Shown here one piece after another: positions 16,302 to 25,498 of a stretch of 50,692 nt of DNA. The stretch comes from Prevotellaceae bacterium. GTDB taxonomy: Bacteria; Bacteroidota; Bacteroidia; Bacteroidales; UBA932. Below the pieces are notes generated by a model. The model was not told the origin of the DNA, did not search any database, and was given only the letters and a program-made list of their open reading frames with translations. Numbering within the stretch: the first letter of the stretch is position 1; every line of letters starts with the position of its first letter. The stretch spans positions 1-50,692 of the forward strand of contig JAISDB010000152.1 of assembly GCA_031265155.1 (NCBI GenBank). Direction: 5' to 3'. The translations under genes and the position numbers were made by a program.

Positions 16302-19300
16302 ATGAAGAAAATCTTATTAGTATTAATGATTTTGATTATTGGGATTTGCAACGCCTATTCTCAGGAAAAAATTACAGGTACTGTAATTGATAACGAAACA
16401 GGCGAGGCATTATCCTTTGTATCTGTTGTTGTAAAAGGAACCGTTACGGCTGTAACTACAGGCGATAACGGTTTGTTTTCAATAACTGCTCCCGCTACGG
16501 GAATACTGGTGTTTTCGTTTATTGGCTATGAAACTGCCGAAGTCGAAATAAACGGAAAGAAAGAAATAAATGTACGGCTTAAAACATCTACAACAATTCT
16601 GGAAGAAGCAGTCGTAACAGGTATGACAAAAGTGGACAGGCGTTTGTTTACAGGCGCATCCGATCATATTTCGGCTGAAAACGCAAAATTAAACGGTATT
16701 GCAGATGTAAGCCGTGCGCTTGAAGGACGCTCTGCGGGCGTTTCGGTGCAAAACGTGTCGGGAACGTTCGGAACGGCGCCTAAAATAAGAGTGCGCGGAG
16801 CAACATCTATTTACGGCAGTTCAAAACCTTTATGGGTTGTTGATGGAGTTGTAATGGAAGATGTTATAGAGGTTGATTCGGACGGGCTTTCATCGGGCGA
16901 TGCCGAAACGCTTATCAGTTCGGCTATTGCCGGACTTAATGCCGATGACATCGAAAGCTTTGAAATACTTAAAGACGGTTCGGCAACTTCGATTTACGGA
17001 GCGCGCGCCATGGCGGGCGTTATTGTTGTTACAACAAAAAAAGGCAAGGCGGGCATGAGCAGCATTAATTACAACGGAGAATATACCGTACGTCTGGTGC
17101 CGCGTTATGCCGACTTTAACATTATGAATTCCCAGGAACAAATGAGCGTCTATCAGGAAATGGAGCAAAAAGGATGGTTAAACTTTTCATCTACATTCAG
17201 AGACAGCGAAAGCGGCGTTTACGGAAAAATGTATCAGTTAATGAATACATACAATCCCGTAACAGGAACTTTTGCCTTGTCAAATACCATCGAAAACAAA
17301 AACGCTTATTTGCGTCTTGCGGAAATGCGAAATACCGACTGGTTTAACGAGCTGTTTCAGCCAAGCCTCATGCAATCTCATTCGGTAAGCATGTCGGGAG
17401 GTACGGAAAAAACCACTTATTATGCATCAATGAGCGCAATGCTTGATCCGGGATGGTCAAAAACAAGCTCGGTAAATCGCTACACGGCAAATACAAATGT
17501 TACTTACAGCATATATAAAAATTTGTCGTTGAATTTGATTTCAAATGCATCGTACCGCAAGCAGAAAGCGCCCGGAACATTAGGTCAGGCTACGGATGCA
17601 GTGTCGGGCGAAGTCAAACGCGATTTTGACATCAATCCTTACAGCTATGCGCTTAACACCTCGCGAACCATGAGTCCCAACGAATATTATACGCGAAATT
17701 ATGCGAACTTCAATATTCTTCACGAACTTGACAATAATTATATGGATATAAACGTAACGGATTTGAAGTTTCAGGGCGAATTAAAATGGAAAATAATACC
17801 AAGTTTGGAATTATCTGTTTTGGGAGCGGTAAAATATTCCACAACAACGGTAGAACATAATATTCTCGATGATTCCAACCAGGCTTTGGCATACCGCACC
17901 ATGCCCGATGCAACGGTTCGCGACAATAATCCGTTTTTGTATACTGATCCCGATATTCCTTATGTTTTACCGATTACCGTATTGCCCAACGGCGGTATAT
18001 ACAACCGTTCCGACAATAAAATGTTAAGTTACGATTTCCGCACATCGGCAACATGGAATAAAACATTCAACAGCATTCATATCGTTAATTTATTCGGAGG
18101 CATGGAATTGAATTCCGTGGACAGAGAACGATCGTGGTTTAGAGGCTGGGGACGCCAGTATTCGCTTGGAGATGTTCCCAACTACGCTTATCAGGTTTTC
18201 AAAAAGGGAGCTGAAGAAAATACCGATTATTTCACCAACGGAATGTCGAGATCGCGTAATGTTGCCTTTTTTGCTCTTGGAACATATTCGTACAAGGCAA
18301 AATATACCATCAATGGAACAGTACGTTACGAGGGTTCCAATAAACTGGGAAAAGCCCGTTCGGCACGCTGGCTGCCTACGTGGAATATAGCAGGATTGTG
18401 GAATATGCACAACGAAGACTTTTTCAATATCTTTGAATCTGTATTATCGCACGCATCCTTAAAAGCATCATACAGCCTGACAGCCGACAGAGGACCGGGA
18501 TCTGTAACCAATTCGCAGATAGTTATACGAAGCGACAGACCATGGCGACCAAACGAAAGCGCTAAAGAAACAGGCTTGGAAATATATGATTTGGAAAACA
18601 GCGAACTGACTTACGAAAAAAAACACGAATTGAACGTGGGCGTCGATTTGGGTTTTATAAACAACCGCATAAATTTCAGCGCCGATGCTTACTGGCGCAA
18701 CAATTACGACCTCATAGGCATGATTGCAACACCGGGAGTTGGCGGCGATGTGGACAAATATGCAAACGTTGCAGCAATGAAATCGAATGGAATAGAATTT
18801 ACGCTTACTACAAAAAATATCGTTACACAAGATTTCAACTGGACAACGAGTTTTATTTTTTCGTACAGCAAAAATAAAATCACCGAATTATTTACACGAA
18901 CAAGAATGATATCATTAATTTCAGGCAACGGATTCGGCATGCAGGGATACCCGCACAGAGCTTTATTCTCAATTGATTTTCAAGGACTGGATGAAGACGG
19001 ACTTCCGACATTCATTAATGAAAAAGGCGAATTAACAACTACGGATATTAACTTTCAGGAAACGGACAAGGACAAGTTAGTGCATTTGAAATATGAAGGA
19101 CCAACAGAACCTACGCATTTCGGAAGTCTGGGAAATATTTTCAATTATAAAAATTTCAAACTGAACGTATTTATTACCTATTCGTTCGGCAATAAGGTAC
19201 GCCTTGACCCTGCTTTTCGTGTTGCCTATTCGGATCTTCGCTCCATGCCCAAGGAATTTAAAAATCGCTGGGTATTGCCGGGCGATGAAGCATATACAAA

Positions 19301-19625
19301 TATTCCTGCTATTGCAAGTTATCGCCAGTACAGGGATATCAGTAACTTAAACCGAGCTTACAACGCTTACAATTATTCGTCTGCCCGCGTAGCCGATGGC
19401 GGTTTTATAAGGCTTAAAGAAATATCGCTGTCTTATGATTTCCCGAAAAACTGGATTTCTCCATTAGGATTTAAAAGCCTTACGGCAAAAATTCAGGCAA
19501 CAAACCTGTTTCTGCTTTATGCCGATTCAAAGTTAAACGGACAGGATCCCGAATTTTTCCGTTCGGGCGGCGTTGCCATGCCTGTACCCAAACAGTTTAC
19601 AATGACATTAAAATTAGGATTATAA
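16302..19625 (+). CDS. SusC/RagA family TonB-dependent outer-membrane transporter
   Basis: 1107 aa. It has a signal peptide, an N-terminal carboxypeptidase-regulatory-like domain (ITGTVIDNETGEALSFVSVVVKGT), a plug and a beta-barrel. A SusD gene follows 4 nt later. Confidence 0.95.
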   Translation: MKKILLVLMILIIGICNAYSQEKITGTVIDNETGEALSFVSVVVKGTVTAVTTGDNGLFSITAPATGILVFSFIGYETAEVEINGKKEINVRLKTSTTILEEAVVTGMTKVDRRLFTGASDHISAENAKLNGIADVSRALEGRSAGVSVQNVSGTFGTAPKIRVRGATSIYGSSKPLWVVDGVVMEDVIEVDSDGLSSGDAETLISSAIAGLNADDIESFEILKDGSATSIYGARAMAGVIVVTTKKGKAGMSSINYNGEYTVRLVPRYADFNIMNSQEQMSVYQEMEQKGWLNFSSTFRDSESGVYGKMYQLMNTYNPVTGTFALSNTIENKNAYLRLAEMRNTDWFNELFQPSLMQSHSVSMSGGTEKTTYYASMSAMLDPGWSKTSSVNRYTANTNVTYSIYKNLSLNLISNASYRKQKAPGTLGQATDAVSGEVKRDFDINPYSYALNTSRTMSPNEYYTRNYANFNILHELDNNYMDINVTDLKFQGELKWKIIPSLELSVLGAVKYSTTTVEHNILDDSNQALAYRTMPDATVRDNNPFLYTDPDIPYVLPITVLPNGGIYNRSDNKMLSYDFRTSATWNKTFNSIHIVNLFGGMELNSVDRERSWFRGWGRQYSLGDVPNYAYQVFKKGAEENTDYFTNGMSRSRNVAFFALGTYSYKAKYTINGTVRYEGSNKLGKARSARWLPTWNIAGLWNMHNEDFFNIFESVLSHASLKASYSLTADRGPGSVTNSQIVIRSDRPWRPNESAKETGLEIYDLENSELTYEKKHELNVGVDLGFINNRINFSADAYWRNNYDLIGMIATPGVGGDVDKYANVAAMKSNGIEFTLTTKNIVTQDFNWTTSFIFSYSKNKITELFTRTRMISLISGNGFGMQGYPHRALFSIDFQGLDEDGLPTFINEKGELTTTDINFQETDKDKLVHLKYEGPTEPTHFGSLGNIFNYKNFKLNVFITYSFGNKVRLDPAFRVAYSDLRSMPKEFKNRWVLPGDEAYTNIPAIASYRQYRDISNLNRAYNAYNYSSARVADGGFIRLKEISLSYDFPKNWISPLGFKSLTAKIQATNLFLLYADSKLNGQDPEFFRSGGVAMPVPKQFTMTLKLGL

Positions 19626-19629
19626 AATT

Positions 19630-21195
19630 ATGATTATGAAAAAATATCTTATAACGATAGCGTCTGTTACATTAATGATTACAGGCATTTCGTGCGACAA
19701 ATATTTGGACACGATGCCCGATAACAGACTTGAATTAGATTCCGACGAAAAAATTACGCGATTGCTGGTAAGCGGATACGCTTCGCATTTGTTTGTATTG
19801 ACAACCGAAATGATGTCGGATAATGTTGACGACAGAGGCGACCTGGCAACCTCGTATGCTCTTTTACAGGACGAGATGTATGAATGGAAAGATATTAAGG
19901 AAATAGGCAACGAATCGCCCATGCGCGTATGGGAAACCTATTACCTTTCAATAGCGACAGCCAATCAGGCGCTTTCCGAAATAGAAAAGCTCGGCAATCC
20001 CGAACGCTTGAACCCGCAGCGCGGCGAAGCCCTTATGATCAGAGCCTTTCATCATTTCTATCTTGTTAATGTGTTTGCAAAGCACTATTCAACAGCCAAC
20101 GGCGCAACAGACCTTGGCATTGTTTACATGGAAAAGCCCGAGACAACGGTCAAGCCCGACTATAAACGCGAATCGGTTGCCGAAGTTTACGGCAAAATAG
20201 AACGCGATATCGAAATGGCGCTTCCGTTGATAGATGATAATATTTATGAGGTTCCAAAATATCATTTCAACCGCAGCGCCGCCTATGCTTTTGCAGCGCG
20301 CTTTTATCTGTTCTACAGAAAATACGATAAGGCTATACATTGCGCCAATACGGTTCTCGGCGAAAATCCAGAAAGAGTTTTGCGCGATTTGACGCGTATT
20401 TCAAGCCTCGTGCAGGAATATGCAGCTGTTTCCGAAGATTATATAAAACCCGAGCAAAACGCAAATCTGCTGTTGATGACCGGGATTTCGCAGTTAGGAT
20501 ATGTATTTGGTAATATGTCAACAGGCAAAAAATATGCTCATTCGAGATATTTGGCGGGAACAGAAACTACTCAAACGCCGGGACCCTGGGGATCCTACGG
20601 GTCGGGGATGTTTCGCCTGTCTCCTTTGTCTTACTCATCATCGGGGGGATATATTGCAACACCCAAACTTCCTCATCTCTTTGAATATTCCGACCCTGTG
20701 GCTGGGATAGGCTATCGCCGAACAGTATATCCTGCCCTGCAAACCGACGAAATACTTCTGTGCAGAGCCGAAGCGTATATTATGCAGGAAAGATATGATG
20801 AGGCTACGGAAGATTTGGCTTTGTGGATGTCGCGGCATACAACATCAAGCGTAACACTGACGCGTACGCTTGTAAACAATTATTATTCGGCGCTGGCATA
20901 TTATAAGCCCGATGATCCTACCGTAAAGAAAGCATTGAATCCCGAAGTGCCTGTTGTTTCCGAAGAACAGGAAAATTTTCTGCACTGTTTGCTGCATTTC
21001 CGCCGTATAGAAACCATAGCTGAAGGTTTGCGCTGGTTCGACGTTAAACGTTTCGGCATAGTGATATACCGCAGGTATTTAGATGTAAACAATCAGGTTT
21101 CCGTAACCGACGAATTGACTGTTGACGACCAGCGGCGCGCGATTCAACTGCCGCAATCGGTGATAGATGCAGGATTGGAACCCAATCCGAGATAA
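19630..21195 (+). CDS. SusD/RagB family nutrient-binding outer-membrane lipoprotein
   Basis: 521 aa. It has the lipobox ITGISC followed by DKYLDTMPDNR, a TPR-like helical body, and sits immediately downstream of SusC. Confidence 0.9.
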   Translation: MIMKKYLITIASVTLMITGISCDKYLDTMPDNRLELDSDEKITRLLVSGYASHLFVLTTEMMSDNVDDRGDLATSYALLQDEMYEWKDIKEIGNESPMRVWETYYLSIATANQALSEIEKLGNPERLNPQRGEALMIRAFHHFYLVNVFAKHYSTANGATDLGIVYMEKPETTVKPDYKRESVAEVYGKIERDIEMALPLIDDNIYEVPKYHFNRSAAYAFAARFYLFYRKYDKAIHCANTVLGENPERVLRDLTRISSLVQEYAAVSEDYIKPEQNANLLLMTGISQLGYVFGNMSTGKKYAHSRYLAGTETTQTPGPWGSYGSGMFRLSPLSYSSSGGYIATPKLPHLFEYSDPVAGIGYRRTVYPALQTDEILLCRAEAYIMQERYDEATEDLALWMSRHTTSSVTLTRTLVNNYYSALAYYKPDDPTVKKALNPEVPVVSEEQENFLHCLLHFRRIETIAEGLRWFDVKRFGIVIYRRYLDVNNQVSVTDELTVDDQRRAIQLPQSVIDAGLEPNPR

Positions 21196-21228
21196 TTTTA
21201 TTATGAAACAGATTAAAATAAAAAAAAT

Positions 21229-22113
21229 ATGAATAAAATAAAAATATTTTTAGCAGCATTTTTCTTAGCGGCTGTATGCTGGTCGTGCAGCGAAGAAAAA
21301 TTGAGTGACCAAAGCGTATTTGTCGATCCCGATCCGGCAACGGTAACCGATTTCGACAAATGGCTTTTGTCTAATTACGTATATCCGTACAATATAAGTT
21401 TCAAATACAAAATGGAAGATATTGAAACAAATATGACTTACGATGTGGTACCTGCTACAGTAAGGAACTCAATCGCCATTGCCAAATTAATAAAGCACCT
21501 GTGGATTGAAGTATATGACCAGGTATCAGGAATTGACTTTACAAGAACTTATATTCCGAGAGTTATTCATTTGATAGGTTCGGGAGCATACAATACCAAC
21601 AATACCGTTTTGCTCGGTACGGCTGAAGGCGGAATGAAAGTAACGCTTTACAGGATAAACGACTTGGATATTAACAATATTTCCCTGGATTTATTGACCG
21701 ATCGTTATCTGAAAACAATGTACCATGAATTTGCGCATATACTGCATCAAACAAAGAATTATCCCGTTGAATTTAAAGCGATATCCAATAACGATTATAT
21801 CGGAGGCGACTGGAGTTCCATCGATGCAACAGCAGCACAGGCTTATCAGTTAGGTTTTATAAGCCGCTATGCCCGTTCCGAGCCTAACGAGGATTTTGTT
21901 GAACTACTGGCAATATATGTAACGCGCGGGCAGGCAAACTGGGACAGCATACTTGCAGCAGCAGGCACGAACGGAGTTGCGATTATAAATCAAAAATTTG
22001 AAATTGTAAAAAACTATTTGCGCGACTCGTGGAATATTGATATTAACGAACTTCGCCGTGTTTTTGAATTGAGAGGATCTATGATTGATCAACTGGATTT
22101 GGTAAACCTTTAA
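21229..22113 (+). CDS. substrate-import-associated zinc metallohydrolase lipoprotein
   Basis: 294 aa. It has the lipobox CWSC and the zinc motif HEFAHILH. Its position after SusC/SusD matches the family described as SusCD-associated putative metallopeptidases. Confidence 0.8.
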   Translation: MNKIKIFLAAFFLAAVCWSCSEEKLSDQSVFVDPDPATVTDFDKWLLSNYVYPYNISFKYKMEDIETNMTYDVVPATVRNSIAIAKLIKHLWIEVYDQVSGIDFTRTYIPRVIHLIGSGAYNTNNTVLLGTAEGGMKVTLYRINDLDINNISLDLLTDRYLKTMYHEFAHILHQTKNYPVEFKAISNNDYIGGDWSSIDATAAQAYQLGFISRYARSEPNEDFVELLAIYVTRGQANWDSILAAAGTNGVAIINQKFEIVKNYLRDSWNIDINELRRVFELRGSMIDQLDLVNL

Positions 22114-22125
22114 AAATATGTAATT

Positions 22126-23475
22126 ATGAAACAGATAAAATCTATAATTTGGTTATTGATAATACCGTTATTTTTAATACAGTCCTGTGTGAAGGACGAA
22201 GAAAATATCTTCAGCGATTCGGCTTCGGCACGCGGACAAAAAGCTGTTGCAGAGTACAGGGAATTGCTTGTAAGCGCGGAAAACGGCTGGTATGTCGATT
22301 ATTATCCCGAACTGAACCATAAAATAGGCGGATACGCAATGTACCTCAAATTTACCGCAGATGGCATGGTTGATGCAAGTTGTGAAATAGAGACAAACGT
22401 TCCTGCCCGTCAAATAGAAAAATCGGAATTTGATGTACTCATGGAACAGGGACCAGTCCTGAGATTTGCAACTTACAACAAAGTGATGCACTACTTCAGC
22501 GAGCCTTACGCAAGCGATATTAACGGACGCGAAGGCGATTATGAATTTATAATTATGAAAGCCGAAACCGACAAAATTCTGATAAAAGGCAAAAAAGGCG
22601 GAAATAAAATGACGCTTCGCCGCAATACAGCCAGTCTTGATCCAGATACTCATCTTGCCGAAGTTATGGATTTTTCGGAAAGGCTGTCGGCGTTTGCCCT
22701 GTTTGAAATTCTTGTTGATAATGAACAGACAGGAGTTGCTATGGTTGCAAACAGAACATTCTTTCTGGACTATCCGGCAGACAAAGATGACGAAAGTATA
22801 AGTTACGCATTTACTCCTACAGGAGTACGGCTCTACGAACCGTTTGATATTAACGGAACAGGCATAGAAACTTTTACCTGGGACGAAGCTAACGAACAGT
22901 ATGTAGCCGACCAGAATGTAAATGTCATCCTGAAGGCTTATTTGCCCGATGATTACCAGTTAAGATACGAAGAATTTTTAGGTAAATGGGAATTAAAGTA
23001 CGAACCGGGAACTTCCTCAGGATGGCTTGCCGCAACGCTTGATACTGTTGAATTCACACAGATTAAGCGAAACTCAACGTTTATGCTGAAGTGCGACAAA
23101 ATGTTTAATTTTGCAGGCATAACAGTTGTTTTCGACACGCGCAGAGGTGCAGTATCAATTTACTGTATTAATACCGATATACATTCAAGCGGCAATTTCG
23201 TACGTCAGTGTCCTTACGATACAGGGGCAGGTTATATATATACTTCGGTATATAACCCTCCAAGCTATCTCGGCGGATTAATCGGTGTTTGGAACAACGA
23301 CGAAAACGGTAAACGTATTATTAATTTTGAAGACAACAATGTATGGGGTACTTACCGTGCCAATGGAATACTTATCAGATTATACAATGCCGGCAACGAG
23401 AGTATGGGTAACTACACAGGCAATATAAACGGAAGATACAGATTCAGAAATCTGATTTTAACAAAAATAGATTAA
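22126..23475 (+). CDS. DUF4302-like lipoprotein
   Basis: 449 aa. It has the lipobox LIQSC, and an N-terminal FSDSASARGQKAVAEYRELLVSAENGWYVDYYP as in DUF4302. The C-terminal module is shared with the next gene. Confidence 0.7.
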   Translation: MKQIKSIIWLLIIPLFLIQSCVKDEENIFSDSASARGQKAVAEYRELLVSAENGWYVDYYPELNHKIGGYAMYLKFTADGMVDASCEIETNVPARQIEKSEFDVLMEQGPVLRFATYNKVMHYFSEPYASDINGREGDYEFIIMKAETDKILIKGKKGGNKMTLRRNTASLDPDTHLAEVMDFSERLSAFALFEILVDNEQTGVAMVANRTFFLDYPADKDDESISYAFTPTGVRLYEPFDINGTGIETFTWDEANEQYVADQNVNVILKAYLPDDYQLRYEEFLGKWELKYEPGTSSGWLAATLDTVEFTQIKRNSTFMLKCDKMFNFAGITVVFDTRRGAVSIYCINTDIHSSGNFVRQCPYDTGAGYIYTSVYNPPSYLGGLIGVWNNDENGKRIINFEDNNVWGTYRANGILIRLYNAGNESMGNYTGNINGRYRFRNLILTKID

Positions 23476-23486
23476 AATAACATATT

Positions 23487-24584
23487 ATGAAAAAAATTTA
23501 TATAATACAGATATTGCTGCTGTCGATATTTTTGACCGGATGCAGCGACTCGAATTACACAGATCTTGAAGATTCGCAGGTGAAAATAGAAAGTGCAGAT
23601 ATTGCTTTCAATGCATCAGGAGGAACAGGTGAAATTGTTGTAGCCGAAACAGACGCCTTCACGGCAGCATCCGACCAAAACTGGTGCAGCCTTAACATCA
23701 GCGGCAAGGTAATAGCATTAACGGTAGAACCTAATGTATCTATTTCGGGACGCACTGCCCGAATAACAGTTAAATCGGGAAACAAAACAAATTATGTTGT
23801 GGTAACGCAAACTTTGGCAAAATTCTATATAGAATCCGACGATGCCGGCATTTCGGGAAAAGGCTATGAAGTGCGCATTCCATGTGAAACAGACGTGTCT
23901 CTGGCTGTTGATACTGTTTACGACTCGTGGCTGACGGCTTCGATAGATGGCAATGAAATAGTATTGCAGGCAACGCCTAATCCGAGTATGGAAAATACAC
24001 GCTCGACAACGATTACCTTAGCAATACGGAATCAGGGAAACACTGTGTTTACGCATAATCTTAACGTTACGCAAGGAACAAATTACTTGAATTACGAAGA
24101 TTATCTCGGAACATATACAATGTATTATTCGACAACAAATACATCGTCTATTCCTACACGCTCGCTTACCGTAACACTGTCGGTAAAATCGGAAGGAGAA
24201 ACATACAGGCTCGATGGCATACTGGCTGATAATTCTCCCGGAGAATTGCTTGCCAGGTTCAATGCGAATAATGGCACGGTTTCTCTTTTGGGACAGATAA
24301 TGCATGTTTATCCCGATACTCAATATGACTTTTGGTGGCTTCCATATTCTGATCCGACTAATGGTAATTACATTAATAGAAGTACAACAGCCGGTATGGT
24401 TGCTGTCGATATTGACCTTTCAAACGGAGGACTTAAATTTAACATGGCTGATAACGGAGTGTGGGGAAGTCGCGTAGTTGCAGGATTTATGTTGAGAAAT
24501 TATAACGGCTCTACCAGTATGGGCAATGTAAACGGAAAAGATGGACAGCCGTATTATTACTATCCGTCGTTTGATAAGCAATAA
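23487..24584 (+). CDS. lipoprotein with two BACON-like domains
   Basis: 365 aa. It has the lipobox LTGCS and two roughly 80-aa BACON-like modules (..GGTGEIVV..QNWCSL..GRTARITVKSG..VVVTQ and a second ending NLNVTQ). The C-terminus DNGVWGSRVVAGFMLRNYNGSTSMGN is paralogous to 22126..23475. Confidence 0.7.
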   Translation: MKKIYIIQILLLSIFLTGCSDSNYTDLEDSQVKIESADIAFNASGGTGEIVVAETDAFTAASDQNWCSLNISGKVIALTVEPNVSISGRTARITVKSGNKTNYVVVTQTLAKFYIESDDAGISGKGYEVRIPCETDVSLAVDTVYDSWLTASIDGNEIVLQATPNPSMENTRSTTITLAIRNQGNTVFTHNLNVTQGTNYLNYEDYLGTYTMYYSTTNTSSIPTRSLTVTLSVKSEGETYRLDGILADNSPGELLARFNANNGTVSLLGQIMHVYPDTQYDFWWLPYSDPTNGNYINRSTTAGMVAVDIDLSNGGLKFNMADNGVWGSRVVAGFMLRNYNGSTSMGNVNGKDGQPYYYYPSFDKQ

Positions 24585-24618
24585 GTAAATAATGAATTAA
24601 ATTTTAAATTAAAAAATT

Positions 24619-25110
24619 ATGAATAATATCAAGAATAAATTAGTAACGCTTACATGCGGATTAGTGTTATTATGCATGTCCGGTATAGCCAAGGCAGATT
24701 GGCATGAATATATTGTTTCAGGATATGATGATTGCGGAAAATATTACAACAACACTGTTCGTTCATTTCATCCATTAACCCAGCATCAGATTGATTATGC
24801 TAACTGGTTAGTAAAGACACAAATCACTTGTGGTGGCGGCAGTTCTGATAATGAGTTAGAATATTGTTGTGATGTTACTCCCGATAAGGCTTGTCCATAT
24901 TTGGCTTATTATATGTGTGGTACAAATGGATTTTATTATCTTTATGAAACTTGTAGTGATAGTAATATGTTCGACAATCCTTGCGACTGTTATGGAGATT
25001 TATATGATGATTATGGAGGTTCGGATGAGGAATATGAAGGTTCAGATAATGACTATGGAAATTCATATGATAATTATGGAGGTTCGGATGAAGAATATGA
25101 AGGTCCATGA
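24619..25110 (+). CDS. secreted Cys-rich protein with acidic Tyr/Asp/Gly-rich repeat tail
   Basis: 163 aa. It has a Sec signal (…SGIAKA/DW) and 9 Cys in the mature part. The tail DDYGGSDEEYEGSDNDYGNSYDNYGGSDEEYEGP is encoded by a 63-bp direct repeat. It is the last gene before a strong terminator. Confidence 0.6.
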   Translation: MNNIKNKLVTLTCGLVLLCMSGIAKADWHEYIVSGYDDCGKYYNNTVRSFHPLTQHQIDYANWLVKTQITCGGGSSDNELEYCCDVTPDKACPYLAYYMCGTNGFYYLYETCSDSNMFDNPCDCYGDLYDDYGGSDEEYEGSDNDYGNSYDNYGGSDEEYEGP

Positions 25111-25145
25111 TTAAAAAGAATAATATCTGATTCTGTTATGACTGC

Positions 25146-25186
25146 AAAACAAAGACAGGCTGCAAATAGCAGCTTGTCTTTGTTTT
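25146..25186 (+). terminator. intrinsic terminator closing the SusC/D operon
   Basis: An 18-bp stem AAAACAAAGACAGGCTGC / GCAGCTTGTCTTTGTTTT with one G-T pair, ending in a T-run. Confidence 0.65.
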
Positions 25187-25378
25187 ATGTTCGGTTTAGT
25201 TCGTTTTTTTGAGCTAATTCGTAAGCAGCAACCGGCTTATAAATCTTAATTGTCCGTTTAGGATTGCCGCACTTGCCCGTGTGCAGTCATCGCATTAATG
25301 CGAAGGAAAGTTGTTGCTTCAATAAATATGATATGAAACAGATTATTATATGCTTAAAATTCATCAATTTATTGAATC

Positions 25379-25464
25379 ATCATTGCGAGCGAAGCGAAGC
25401 AATCCATAAAGAATTTTTTATCTGTAATTTTCCGGATTGCTTCGAGCTGCGCCCTCACAATGAC
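25379..25464. repeat. REP-like hairpin element, copy 1
   Basis: aTCATTGCGAGCGAAGCGAAGCAATCC ... GGATTGCTTCGAGCTGCGCCCTCACAATGAC. It has the same termini and inner stem as the copies at 33461 and 42524. Confidence 0.7.
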
Positions 25465-25498
25465 GAAAAACGGTTTTTTCATTAACTTGATGACATTT

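Noticed and set aside
24869-25114. Alternative-frame ORFs over the acidic tail (24869..25114 plus strand, 24875..25108 minus strand)
   Set aside because: They are by-products of the 63-bp repeat. The frame starting at 24619 has a proper signal peptide and follows the operon spacing.
25264-25485. 73-aa ORF (HCERSEAIHKEF...), and likewise the 87-aa ORF 42359..42622
   Set aside because: Both are translations across REP-like hairpin elements and short tandem repeats. The same DNA motif recurs non-coding at 33461-33536.
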